Made by a program: the position numbers and the translations under genes. A stretch of DNA of 54,192 nucleotides. Source: Girardia tigrina. Lineage: Eukaryota. Position 1 is the first letter of the stretch. Each line of letters starts with the position of its first letter. Positions 1-12,140 of this stretch are shown piece by piece. Under the pieces are notes generated by a model, which saw only the letters and a program-made list of their open reading frames with translations, searched no databases and was not told the DNA's origin. The stretch is taken from contig MQRK01232050.1 of NCBI GenBank assembly GCA_001938485.1, positions 14,961 to 69,152 on the forward strand. The letters are read 5' to 3'.

Positions 1-532
1 TTTACATGCCCATTTCATGTTGATGTGAACAGTGTTCCAGAAAATCTGCAAATGGAGCTAATCGAGTTACAGTGCAACGATGAAATGAAACACATTTTTG
101 CATCCACATCAAAAATTGATTTTTACAACACATATATTACATCGGCGAGATATTCCAACTTAAGACATTTGGCACAACGAGTTGTAAGTGCTTTTGGATC
201 GACATATCTTTGTGAAACATTTTTTTCGAGGATGAAATATACNNNNNNNNNNNNNNNNNNNNNNNNNNNNNNNNNNNNNNNNNNNNNNNNNNNNNNNNNN
301 NNNNNNNNNNNNNNNNNNNNNNNNNNNNNNNNNNNNNNNNAAAGAAAGGAAAAACAAGTAAGTCATTAATTAGGACACGAGACTGATTATATTGTATAAC
401 TGTTGCATCAATAAAGTTTTATTCATGTTGTGTTTTTTTTAAAATTTTACAAACATGTGTGTATGAATGGCCCGCGACAAGGGAACGAGTCTTCAAAGTG
501 GCCCTCGTTACCATTTGGGTTGGCCAGGCCTG
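1..532 (+). mobile_element. hAT (Buster/SPIN/GTF2IRD2-like) transposon, 3' end
   Basis: ORF 25-369 has the hAT dimerisation-domain motifs QMELIELQ and FGSTYLCETFFSRMK. Terminal GGTTGGCCAGGCCTG (518-532) is followed by CTCTAGCG, which resembles the NTCTAGAN Buster-type target site. Confidence 0.85.
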
Positions 533-914
533 CTCTAGCGAGTCAAAGTGGATTCCCTGAGAAAATTCTGAAATGATTCTGTAAAGTTCGATGCAGCTAA
601 ATCCGGATCAATACTACCTGACTTGTTTATGTAGTCCGTGTTTTTGATGTATTCTTCGTCGTAAACATCGAAAATTTTGAAATCTGAATTGCATTTCGAA
701 TAGCAGCGCAGTTCACATTTACGCATTATAAAGAACGAGCAATCCAGAACGCTTTCGCTTTATTCTATTCGCATATTTTCCATTTATATAATCACAGATT
801 TAATTCGATATCGATGATTAATAATAGAAATAGTTGCTGAGAATTTCATTGCAACAGTAAATTAAAATTTAAATATGCATTAATACATATTATTATATAT
901 AGGGCCCTTAACAA

Positions 915-1010
915 ATGGCGAAAGGCCCTATTAAAAGTAAAACAGATGTATTATGGTATAAATGAAATAGGGAATATCGGAAACATTTGCGCTATTTGGT
1001 CGAGTCACTT
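915..1010 (+). CDS. GCLM: Possible first coding exon of GCLM (frame ambiguous or disrupted)
   Basis: GT donor at 1011. One frame gives KALLKVKQ..IGNIGNI, resembling GCLM KALL..TGNLLN. ATG915 opens another frame (MAKGPIKSKTDVLWYK) that hits TGA at 963-965. The true start is unresolved. Confidence 0.35.
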
Positions 1011-1069
1011 GTAAATGAGAGAAATATAATGTTGATCATTATAATTATCGCGATAATTAATCACTGTAG

Positions 1070-1132
1070 ATTCTCCGCTGCAGTATCCAAGTGATGAAAT
1101 GCGTCAAGATCGGCGCTCGGTTTGCTGATCGC
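1070..1132 (+). CDS. GCLM: GCLM exon (ILRCSIQVMKCVKIGARFADR)
   Basis: TAG acceptor ending 1069 (alternative CAG ending 1083) and GTAATT donor at 1133. A 55-bp intron joins it in frame to the next exon. Confidence 0.55.
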
Positions 1133-1187
1133 GTAATTTATATTTATGATTGTCAAAGGTGTCAGAGTTGATTGAGTGTTTTGGCAG

Positions 1188-1266
1188 CGAATATCGGACG
1201 TGGAACTCGAGTGTGGTGAGCACAAGGACGTTATATCGGAAAATAAGTCTGATCTGAGACTCAGTG
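1188..1266 (+). CDS. GCLM: GCLM exon (RISDVELECGEHKDVISENKSDLRLS-V)
   Basis: CAG acceptor and G|GTAAAT phase-1 donor. Aligns by eye with GCLM DVLEC...EREEMKVSA. Confidence 0.8.
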
Positions 1267-1482
1267 GTAAATTAAAGCGATATTTCGATTCGAAATTTGT
1301 CTTTGCATTTTGAAAGGAATTTTTCCCATAGTATGATAAAATGTTTTTGTCAAAATAATTTAATCCAGTTGAAATAAAATGATTTAAAAATAAAATTTCT
1401 AAAAGAAGCATGACGTTAATTTAAATATAAAAAAGAACAAATAACATTTTTTAGAATATTGAATATAATAATTTTTATATTA

Positions 1483-3097
1483 TTAGGGTGAACCAAAGGT
1501 CTTTTCGTATTTTCTATTAAAAATTTAAGCATAATTTTACAACAAATAAAAAAAAACATTTAAGTTTCAAAGTAAAGGACATTTGAATCTATAGCTTGAA
1601 CCCATCTATGTGGAAGTTGTGCGATCCCGCAGCGGTACCAATCCTTGCTCTTAGAAGCGAAGAACTGGTGACACCCGTTTTCGACCTCGGCCAGATTATT
1701 GAAGCTGCGACCACGAAGAAAGTGTGCCATAGAGCGGAAAAGGTGATAGTCGGATGGCGCAAGATCCGGACTATATACTGGGTGTGGAAGAAGTTCAAAG
1801 GCGTCGAGATTTTTGATTTTTTCCTTTGTTTGTTTTGCGGTGTGCGGTTTTGCATTGTCCTGTTGTAGAAGAATTCGCTTTCGATTGATCAAAGCGGGGC
1901 ATTTCTCGCCAAGTGCCGCATACATTCGATCAAGTTGGGCACAGTAAAGGTCAGCGTCGATGGTACGACCATTTGGAACCAGCTCGAAGTGAATCACGCC
2001 TACGAAATTCCACCAAACACACAAAAGTGCCTTCCTTGAGATAACGATTTCGTTTGGCTACCGGTTTCGCCATTTGTCCGGGGTCCAACCATTGATTTTG
2101 TTGGTCTGGATTACTGAAGTGAACCCATTTTTCATCGAAAGTTACAAATCGACGGATGAAACGGTCATCGCGCGGATTTTCAAGCAATTTTTGTCAAGTT
2201 TCGAAACGCTTTTCGGATTGAATTTGTATCAATTCATGAGGCACTTCTCGACATCGTCTATTAACCTTGCCAAGAGCGTGAAGGTGTCGTACAATGGATG
2301 TTTGAGGAATATCGAGTTCGGCCGACAATCTGCGAGTACTTATTGACGGATTTGTCTCCAAGGCTTCACGAATTGCTCCGGAATCTGCGGTGATAAGTCG
2401 GCCTGAACGTGCATTGTCTCCGAGGTCAATGTCGCCTTCGTTGAACCTTTTGAACCAATTTTGTGCAGTACGATTTGAGACCACATTATCGCCTTCAACT
2501 TCGCATATCTTCTTTGTTGCTGCAGTTGCGTTTAATCCCTGTTTCCAGTAATGGTGTAAAAGAACTCGAATTTCTAAATTTTCCATGATTTTTCTAAAAG
2601 ACTATAAAAATAATATTAACGACTAATTAGAAGTTTGTCTATTTTATAAAGGAATACATGTTTAATTTTTAAATATTAATAATAATTATAAAGTATTTTA
2701 TAATAATAATTTTTTAACTAATATATATTCTAAATTAAAAATCTTTTAAAATTATGAAAAGATCTGAATGCTCTTAATTTGCATTTGGACATTTGAATAT
2801 TATTCAAACTGTCATAAATACTGCGTTAAAATTTCAATGCATAATATTAAAAAGAAAGTAAAATTTTGTTTTATTAAAGTATTGAAATTTTAAAAGTGCA
2901 GCGAATTCAAATCAAGCGATTTTTAACAATGGAACCAAAAAAAAATGCTCTGCTCTATCTATTATTATATTGTGATAGAGTAGTTCAAGAGCTTTAGAAA
3001 TACATAACACGTGTATATAAAATATCTTTATTTGGTAATAAGAAACAATTGAACAAAAAGACGTAGAAAATACGAAAAGACGTTTGGTTCACCCTAA
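1483..3097 (-). mobile_element. Full-length mariner (DD34D) with frameshifted transposase
   Basis: TIRs TTAGGGTGAACCAAA.GTCTTTTCGTATTTTCTA at both ends with TA TSD. Transposase 2586-1560 is split over 3 ORFs (VPHEL, TFDEKW, QDNAKPH, YSPDLAPSDY). Confidence 0.95.
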
Positions 3098-3411
3098 TAT
3101 TTCCATGCGTTGAAAATTTAACAAGCCGATATAATTAATTAAAATCGACATAGTTAAAAAAAACTATCTAGAAATATAAAGGATCACTTTTAATATATAA
3201 ATGAAAAATAAATACTAAGGATTACTATTATAATAATCCTTCTAACGACTTCATAAAAAATTATTTTCTACTCCTATATTTCTTATTTCTCATGAACAAC
3301 AATGAATGTTAAAAATAGAAAAATTGTTTATAAAAACTTATGTATGCAGAAAAGATTTTTTTTATAAAAATACTAAAAGTGTCATGATGAAGTTTTTATT
3401 TTAAAATAAGT

Positions 3412-3792
3412 TTCCTCAGCGGTGGATCGGTAGAAGTTGTCCAAGGGAGTGGTCTCATCATTCGTCTGACTTAACTGAGTGTGATTACTTCCTCTGGGGC
3501 TACCTTAAGGAGCATGTGTACCGCACAAGGCCTGCTACCATTGCTGAACTCCGAGACAAGATCGAGTATAGCATTAAAGAAATACCACAGGACATGGTCA
3601 GAAGAGCATGCCATGCAGTGTATGAGCGGTTTGAACAGTGTACCGCCTTTCAGGGAAAATAACTGCAAATGTGATCCCATTCAAGATCACTCTTTTTGAC
3701 AGATACAGTTGTACCATTAACTTGACATTTTCTTTTATTTTGTCAGATATGCATACAAAATAATTTCCTACAATAATTTTTGAGCACCCAAT
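3412..3792 (+). mobile_element. Tc1/mariner (rosa-like) transposase 3' fragment
   Basis: A frame not listed in the ORF track reads FPQRWIGR..EWSHHSSDLTECDYFLWGYLKEHVYRTRPATIAELR. TIR-like end TTTTGAGCACCC near 3790. Confidence 0.8.
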
Positions 3793-3899
3793 AGAATCAT
3801 GTTGATATTGGGTTTTCACAAGTTCGTTCGGATTTTTTAACATTTATTGAAAATCAAAATACATTCTAAAATAAAAACTTGTATTAATTATTATATTGT

Positions 3900-4500
3900 C
3901 CATTTTTCGGTATCAATCTGGAAATTGCATAATGTCAAATCTCCAGAAGCTTAGTCCTTACTCTCGAAAAATCTCTCAAGATGAATTTTTGTGTAGTCCA
4001 AAGATGTATTTTTTTTTTATTTAAGATAATTTTGTAGTGAGTTGAATAAAGGATAGTCGGATGATACGATATCCGGGTTATATGAAAGGTGAACTACAAT
4101 ATCCAAACCCAACCCTACTAACTTCTTTACGGTGTTTACAGATGTATGTCTTCGCGCATTTTCATTTAGAGAACATATTTTTCGTCTATTAAACAATGTA
4201 TGTCGTTTTTGTACAAGAGTTGTCTTCAGAATGTAAATTTGTTCACATTATTTGATCGAGTTGATACACAACATCACTTTCTTCGCGTTAAAACTAATCT
4301 TTGATGATGTCTTTTTGAGCACTGTCTTTTTAGACCAAGAAATTTGGTACACAGCATTGTTTTAAAGTATCCATTTTTGTTGCTGTAATCATATTTTGAA
4401 GAAGTGGTTCTTTTTAACAAGCTGATCACAAACAAGTATAAGTTGCATCAGCTGACGCTCATTCAAATCATGCGGAACCTACACATCAGCATGATTGAGA
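3900..4500 (-). mobile_element. Highly decayed mariner remnant
   Basis: Minus-strand VPHDLNERQL (~4480) and NPDIVSSDY (~4070) motifs amid stops. Confidence 0.6.
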
Positions 4501-5083
4501 AATTTAATTGAAAATAATTGTTTTATTCTTTCATATAATCTTCACATACTATTGAGTAGTTTACCATATTTCTTTTGAAATATTTTTGTGAAGAATATTA
4601 TAAATCAATAAATAGAAATTTTGAAAATAATCTTGGAAGTAGTTTTTTTAAAAGAAAATATATTCCTATAATTTTTTGAAAAATTCTAATTAAATGTTAT
4701 TTTGTTATGGCAAATAAGGATAAATTATTTAAAAAAATATGGTAAGAAAGAACTTAGAAATAAAATTGATGTTAATTGTGAGATCCTATTAGGAAGTATT
4801 GCTCTTTGTAAGTTAATTGATTTTTAATTTTAATCTTGTCGGATGAAGGTTTAAATATATTTTAAAGGGGCGTCAAATAAAGATATTCGATAATATACAG
4901 TGCCTTAATACAAAAGGTTTTGTATATATGAGACTCGAATTTTACTAAGAAAATTCTATTAAATAATAGAAAATATATTGCAAAAAAAAATCGGAATGAT
5001 AATTCTTCCTTCATTGCAGAGACATACGGATCATTAGATATTAAGAGGTTGTAGAGTTTGTATATTATTTATTATTTTTTCAG

Positions 5084-5140
5084 TGAAACTATTCTTAATT
5101 GGCACCAAATATCACGAGATACAGAAGCAATTGACTCAGA
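5084..5140 (+). CDS. GCLM: GCLM exon (V-KLFLIGTKYHEIQKQLTQ-I)
   Basis: TTTTTTCAG acceptor and GTAATT donor, phase 1 at both ends. KLFLI matches GCLM KLFIV. Confidence 0.85.
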
Positions 5141-5899
5141 GTAATTGCGATGTTTTATCATTTAACTATTTCTATTTACATATTTTTTAATTTTTTTATA
5201 ATTTTTAAATTTTAATTTATAATCTGTCTCCATGCTGTTGTCAACATTATACTAGGATGCAGGTAATTCATAACATTCACAAATTCTAATATATCTTGTG
5301 AAAAATATTTGAATTTATGAATGCTTATCATATGTCAATTTGATTGTATTAAATTAAGAATTACCCAGTTCAAAAATTGGTGTTTAATTAAAAAGTATTT
5401 ATCATGTTAAAAGTTAAATAAGTATTTAATAACTAGATTGTGAGGGAAAATTCGGAATTTTGTAAGTTTGTTGTTGGTATGTTGTTTAGATTTCGGACTC
5501 CTACTCAGATTGGTTTGATATGTTATTGATTAATTATTTAAATCTAATGATATTAATGTTTACATACTAATTAATTAAAAGTTAATAATTATAAATTTTA
5601 ATAATATTTTTAGTAAACGATTTAATTTATTAAATATAATATATTTTTAAAATTATTTAATGCATTTTTATCCAATGGAATTTCGATAAATTAAAAGTTA
5701 ATATTATTCTTATTCCTTTAATTAATTTAAAGATTTGAATATAGAAAAAAACATTAATCAAGAATGATACTTCCCATAGAAATTGCTACTGAATATGTTT
5801 GTATTGTTAATAAATGTTTACAGTCAAATTGTGATGTTGCTAATATAGATAAAATTTAAATTATTATAAAATAAATATTAATAATAAAATTAAAAGCTA

Positions 5900-7036
5900 T
5901 TCAGTGTTACTTCGATTAACCACCGCAGAAATTTATTTTAAAATGTAGATTCAAGATGCGTTTTTTTCATTAATTAAAAAAAATAAAGTTAAAAAACCAA
6001 TAATTTATTTTAAAATACACAATATCACCAAGCTTTCAAATAGAGAGCAATCGACTTAGTAAAAATTAAGGGAAATCGTCCAGCAGCATTGTAGCTTTAT
6101 GTTGATGAAAAACGAATTCGAGAGTGGATAGAACAGTAAGTAAATGGACAGGTTTTATATCTGGATGCAGAAATTAGAACATGCAATACCACAAAGTGAC
6201 AACGTCTTCTTGATCTTTTTTCCAAAGCACCTACCATTATATCATATATATCATTTTTCGTCGCAAAACAATTCCTAAATTCAATCATCCTTCAAATGTC
6301 ATCGTCTCGGCAAATGAAAAATCATGTATGACTGCTTCAGAAACTCTACTTTGGCATGAAGCAATTTGGATGAAGCGAAAAAATGTAATGTTCAATCGTA
6401 AATCATTACTTATGCTCGATGGTGCTCCTGGTCACAAAACTGATAACGTCAAGGAACAATTCCATCGCAGTGGTACTTTTATGGCTCTGATTCCAGGAGG
6501 TCTAACTAAAAAACTACAAGTCTTAGATATCAGTGGCAATAAATCGTTCAAATCACGTCTTCGAAGCCGGTGGGAAAATTGACTCATAAACGGTTACAAA
6601 AATTACACAAAATCTGGAAATTTAAAGCGTGTATCATATGAAGAAATTACAAAATGGATTTCAGAAGCATGGAATGAAGTTCCAGTCTCAACAATTACAA
6701 GTGGTTTCAAAAAGACAACAAACAAGAAGACATTGATCAAGTCTTCGAAGAAGACACAAATGATAACGATGATGACATGGAAACTAATGATGAAGAAATT
6801 CGTGATAAACTCATTGACATTTTAACGGATGAGAGAAACTTTGGATGTGATGAGGATGATGATAAAGATCAGATTTAAGTTTTTATATTAAAATAAAAAA
6901 AAATTAATTAATTTTTCTAATTTCTTTACTAAGCCTCTACTAGATATTAAGCCTCTATTTTTTACTAAACCTCTACCAAGCTGAAAAAAAATCTTTTTTC
7001 TCTACTAAGCCTGAGGCTTATAACGAGATTTCAGGG
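5900..7036 (+). mobile_element. pogo/Tigger-like (DDE_1) transposon remnant
   Basis: LLMLDGAPGH...IPGGLTKKLQVLDISGNKSFK and WISEAWNEVP. Acidic tail, subterminal TACTAAGCCTCTAC repeats, terminus followed by TA at 7037. Left boundary uncertain. Confidence 0.8.
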
Positions 7037-7079
7037 TAGTTGAAATAACATGTTGAGCTAGGTGATCAGGTTACAGTCA

Positions 7080-7520
7080 AACCGAATTTCGGTAGAAGAC
7101 CCATTTTAATCTCCAAAAAGGACTTATATCGAGGCTTGGTGATGAATGCGCGAAGTGTTTTCTACGCAAAGCTTATTCTCAATCAAATTGTGCGGGACTT
7201 GCAAAAGGTTTCTGTTCAAAAAGTTAAGATTGTGCTGATTGCAATCAATGGTGCTTTTGGAAGGACCGAATTCCTCTGATAGTCTACTCGAACTGCGCTT
7301 TTGTTTCACAAAGATGGCAGAGTTCTGGTAATTCATTGCCTTACTGAAATCATTCAACAGTCTCCTTTATCTTTATACCACTGGAGTTATTGAAAACCTC
7401 ATTTATTTTCGTGCACGATGGCACATCTGCTCATTCTGCGAAAACGACCAAATTATAGATATAGCAAAGAAATATTTCATTACTTCATTGGCCTGCCCAA
7501 TCACCTGATGTGAACACAAT
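7080..7520. mobile_element. Adjacent mariner (-) and Tc1 (+) transposase scraps
   Basis: Minus strand has QVPHNL and an HTH remnant. Plus strand has FVHDGTSAHSAK...HWPAQSPDVN. Confidence 0.55.
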
Positions 7521-8014
7521 ATAGTACATTTCATTTATTCTTCACAAATGCAGAAACAAGCCTTCATGTTTTCATCCTTTGTAAGATACCCTTCGAGACG
7601 AAAGGGCTGCAAACTCCCAAAATATCATTATCTTTCTATCGCCTCACGTGTTTTCACAAAAATAAATTCCGAACAATTGTATTTTTTTCGTTTTTGTAGA
7701 AGTAAAGTGAAGTCCAAACTAAAGAAAAAGGTTTGTGATGCGTACAGTGATAGTGTAATTCAAAGATGGCCAAAAATGATGTTACTGACATTTTAATTTA
7801 TCAAAGAAAAATGTCATTGTCGGCGTAAGATCAATACTGTCCAATTATCCACATTACACAACACGGGATATTGATTAAATTTATAAAATTTCACAATAAC
7901 TTGAAATAGTTTTAAGATATGTAGTTTCGGTTCCGCAGAATTTAATCGGACTTGTGAAACGTAATAGCAACACACTATTTTTAAAGTGAATTTCCACAGA
8001 ATCTTGTACATTAA

Positions 8015-8252
8015 CCCTTAAATGCATGATGATGTATATGTACATTAGTGTTTTCTTCCTTACATAATTTCTAAACGGTAATTCAAACACAGTATTTTTT
8101 ACTTTTAGTATGTGCTAAAATATCAATCTTAGTTTTTGAACGCAAACTGTCATGATATGGCATTTAACTTTTTTAACTCTCAAAATTCGACAGCTTGGCA
8201 CAACACTTTCAAATACATTGTATTTAAAAAGGAAAAATCATGCATTTAAGGG
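8015..8252. mobile_element. piggyBac-type MITE
   Basis: Perfect 16-bp TIR CCCTTAAATGCATGAT flanked by TTAA on both sides. Confidence 0.9.
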
Positions 8253-8299
8253 TTAAGGCGAAACTAAAAGATACTAAAATATTTCTAAAGTCTCTCTAT

Positions 8300-8800
8300 T
8301 AACCACTTTAAGGCTGTTTTTCATCCCAAGAAGATCTTGCTCTATATTTGAAAGGATTGGAAAAGAATACTTTATTTCAAATTGCTTTCGTCTAACACAA
8401 CTATTAATTCTGAGCAGTATTGTTACCAATTAGATCTACTGAAAGCCAATATTGAAGAATAGTGACAAGAACTAATTAGCAGAAAAGAAGAGATCTATCC
8501 TGACGACACGAGACTACGTATATCTTTGCATATTGATAAAAATTATGGGAATTTATTTGAGGATTAGTGACCCATCCTTCATAGCCGTAATAATTTAATG
8601 TTGTGTCGTCATCTCTATTTGTTAAAATCCTTGTAAAATCTGGTTACTGCTAAAATTTTGATTCTGCAGAAGATTGGAAAATGCGTTTGTCAAGATTTGT
8701 CTCTGACAAAAATAATACGTTCTGAGTGAATGAGATCATAAAATTACCTACAGGGTATCAAATAGTTGTAAATCAAAATGGGAAATATATTGTTAAATAA
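8300..8800 (+). mobile_element. Decayed mariner transposase 3' half
   Basis: HPKKILL...TINSEQYCYQLDLLK motifs with many stops. Confidence 0.65.
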
Positions 8801-9989
8801 TTTGCTAATCTTTTTATTGTATATTTTTTATTCAAAACAATTTGACATTACTAATTGACCAATTCAATATTGGTATGATCATAACTCATCTATACAATTT
8901 GTACTTTTTAGCTAATCTGATAACTATTAAGTACTTTATCTTCATAATAATCTAATTTTGACCAAATTTTTAAAATATTTGATATGAAAAATGTATAATT
9001 TTTACTAATTACTAATGGTCAATACATCTCAAAAATATGGAAATATATTTTTTGTGATATTCAATGTTCGGTAAACTCATGTTTGAAAGTTATTAAAAAT
9101 ACCATTATAGTATTGAACCTAAGGTTTTTAGATGGTCCACTCAATCTTTAAACCCTCCGATCTGTCTTTCGCTTCCGAACTTTCTTAACATTCCTGTTAG
9201 AAACTACCAATCATGGATCTTATATTCATGACTGATAATGTCTTTGAATGTATTCGTGGGCTTTACACAGCCGTGAAACGGATATAGTTGAATTCAAAAC
9301 CCCAATTGCGTTTTCATATTTTGGTATGAATTTTTTTAAAATAATTATTTGAACAAAAATTTACATTTTAAACAATTAAATTAATTTTATGACTTCATGA
9401 TTCTTTTATACATTTTGAGAAATTTAATATTTTAATATATTCCAATTAATAATTTACTTAATAAAAATTAATTTAGTTATTTTGATTTTACAAAATTTCA
9501 TTTAATCGATTTGCAAAATTTAGTTTAAACTTTAACAAAATTAATACTCTCATTTAATAATTTCTTTTTAATAGTTAAAATTTTTAAATATATTATGTTA
9601 ATATTTTAAATTTAAATTATGCTTGAACAAAGAATTATTGCTATTAAGAACACCAATATGGTTTTTCACACATTTATTTTCATAACAATTTGAATTGTCT
9701 TTGGGACAATCTTCAGCCAAGCTCTGATAATTTAACACCTCACTAAATTGATAACTTTTATTAATGTCTCGTTAACAAACAATTATTCGAACAAATTTTC
9801 ATTTTAAATAATTTTCATATTTTATTTTTATAAATTTTACTTTTCTAATTTTGTTAATAATTTGATCTAAATATTAATTTAATTTTAAAATGATTTTATT
9901 TAACGAAAAACATTTATTTATTGAATTTCAAAATAAGTTAAAAATTATTTACTTTAAACAAATAAACGCCATTTAAAAATATATTTTAG

Positions 9990-10028
9990 GATAATATATT
10001 TCGAAGGTTTAACCGTCATCATCAGATC
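9990..10028 (-). ncRNA. Minimal hammerhead ribozyme, second (inverted) copy
   Basis: Reverse complement reads GAT-CTGATGA-TGACGGTTAAACCTTC-GAAA-TATATT-ATC. Confidence 0.75.
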
Positions 10029-11017
10029 ACTGATTATGTTCTTTTTTATTGCTTTTATATAAGAAATGAATGATTATGTAATCANNNNNNNNNNNNNNNN
10101 NNNNNNNNNNNNNNNNNNNNNNNNNNNNNNNNNNNNNNNNNNNNNNNNNNNNNNNNNNNNNNNNNNNNNNNNNATCTTATCAACAATGCTTCACATGACA
10201 CTCTCTCCCAATAATTTTTAAAATGCTTGCACAAAATCTTAAAATCATTTATGCTCATATTACATTTACACGTTTTTTTATGCTCAGCAATATTAATCTT
10301 TCTCCCTTTTTGACTGTGTTCTTGGACTCGTTTGCAGGGATGACGGGCAGTCTCTCCGATGTATGTGGCATTGCACCCATTACATGTATATTGATAAACA
10401 ATGTCCGAACACAATCCTAAAGGAGTATATAATTTATTGCAAAACATATTCTCAACTTTAAATGATTGAGAAATAATTTTAAATTTAAAATGTTATCTGT
10501 TGATTTCAAGATCGAATTCTTGATGTGTTTAAAACCGTCAGAGTAAGGTAAGCTTAGAGTATACCCGGGTGTAAAGCAGTTTTCAATGTTTAAACTATTA
10601 ATTTTTTCATTTTTGATTTTTTCTTTTTCGATTATTTTAACTACAGTCTCACGAGTGAGTCTGTCTATGATGGACTTAGAGTAACTGTTATTATTCAATA
10701 ACTTGCTCAATGTATCAATACTTTTAGTAGATTTTGAACACAGTCAAAAAGGGGGAAAGAGTAATATTGCTGAGCATAAAAAAACGTGTAAATGTAATAT
10801 GAGCATAAATGATTTTAAGATTTTGTGCAAGCATTTTAAAAATTATTGGGAGAGTGTCATGTGAAGCATTGTTGATAAGATCATGTGATCCTAAAATCAA
10901 TGTTCAAACAGCACTCTCAACTAGTTAATTTGTTAAGAGTTTTCGATTAGACTTACGTAAGTGATTACATAATTATTCATTTCTTATATAAAAGCAATAA
11001 AAAAGAACATAATCAGT

Positions 11018-11056
11018 GATCTGATGATGGCGGTTAAACCGTCGAAATATATTATC
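11018..11056 (+). ncRNA. Minimal type I hammerhead ribozyme (Penelope pLTR)
   Basis: GAT-CTGATGA-TGGCGGTTAAACCGTC-GAAA-TATA-TT-ATC: conserved core, stem II GGCGGT/ACCGTC, palindromic stem III, stem I GAT/ATC. Confidence 0.8.
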
Positions 11057-11347
11057 CTAAAATATATTTTTAAATGGCGTTTATTTGTTTATAATAAAAA
11101 ATTGCCATCTTTTTTCAAGTTTATTTACTTTAAGAAAATTATTTAATATTCAAATTTAAAACGATTTAATATTTTTAAACTTTTTTTAATATCTTATGTT
11201 GAAATTTAAAATATAAACTATGCTCGAATAACTATTTATCGCAAACATAAAATACCAATTTTACATCTGGGGNNNNNNGGGGGGGGGTTGAAACACATTT
11301 CCAAAATACTAAACTCAATACACAAAATTCAACATACCAATTTCAAC

Positions 11348-11425
11348 AATTGTAGGAAAAAAGGATACCGGAAAAAATGTAAATGGAAAAAAGGTTACCG
11401 AAAAAGAATCCTACATTAATTAATT
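11348..11425 (+). repeat. MULE-type terminal inverted repeat (left-type)
   Basis: ATTGTAGGAAAAAAGGATACCGGAAAAAA...AATCCTAC with internal tandem units. An inverted relative lies at 15455-15518. Confidence 0.6.
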
Positions 11426-11467
11426 ATAATTTTAAAATTAACTTTTTTTATTTAAAGTTAATAAAAA

Positions 11468-11893
11468 GTGTCAGAAAAACCAACTGCCAGCGATCAATCG
11501 TCGACCGGCAGCGAGCGATTATCTCCCATCGCCGTAACTGGTCCAAACAACCGGTCGAAAACCGATCATTACCGGTACAGTCAGCAACGAACCGCAACCA
11601 ACCAGCGCCCCGTGCTACTAAAGCGCTTCCAGACCGGATCCGACCGGCACCAAGCGCCACCGAGGCGCATTCAGACCGAAATTTTTTCGTCGACCGAAGA
11701 ATTTGTCAATGCCAACGATAAACCGACTAGCGCGACCGACCGACCGATGCTGACGACCAGCCCAGACCAACGAAACCCGACTCCAGATCGGCGAAAAGCG
11801 CACTTCGACCGGCAATAGCTGATTCCCGAGCGGTAATAATTTTTTCCCGTCCGACGAAAACCGATAATAACCGGTTAGTCGATTTTTTCTGTG
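11468..11893. mobile_element. Non-autonomous DNA element with CGACCG-rich interior (CACTA/Transib-like ends)
   Basis: Imperfect IR CAGAAAAACCAACT / AGTCGATTTTTTCTG. GC-rich interior with many CGACCG/AACCG motifs. Confidence 0.45.
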
Positions 11894-12140
11894 ATCCCAA
11901 AAACCTTTTGACCCGATTTAACGAAACTTGTGTTAATTTTGATGTTTATAACTATTATTATATCAATGTATACCCGTATATATTTTATTTTTTTATTTCA
12001 TTTGTACCGTTTAACATAAACATGTGGTCACACACACACAAAAATAATACATATGCACACATCGAACAAACAAACGTGACAAGAAAACCCCTTCTCGAAG
12101 ACAAGACACAACAAAATATGATTAAACTAAAAATAAAATA

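Larger units (their letters stand above)
9958..11120 (-). mobile_element. Penelope-like retroelement, 5'-truncated, with inverted pseudo-LTR
   Basis: GIY-YIG endonuclease IVYQYTCNGCNATYIGETARH on the minus strand. ~10737-11091 is an inverted copy of the 3' end. 13-bp direct repeat TTATTTACTTTAA at 9945-9957 and 11121-11133 (TSD). Confidence 0.9.

Noticed and set aside
903-1010. ALNKWRKALLK resembling a rapsyn/TPR helix
   Set aside because: Downstream exons match GCLM consistently and no further TPR sequence is present.
1061-1411. 116-aa minus-strand ORF
   Set aside because: Antisense to two GCLM exons with good + strand splice signals.
3481-3699. 72-aa ORF MITSSGATLRS...
   Set aside because: Off-frame reading of a Tc1/mariner transposase C-terminus.
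5020-5047. Extra micro-exon before the 5084 exon
   Set aside because: Phase incompatible, would need a ~36-bp intron, and the 1266^5084 join already restores homology.
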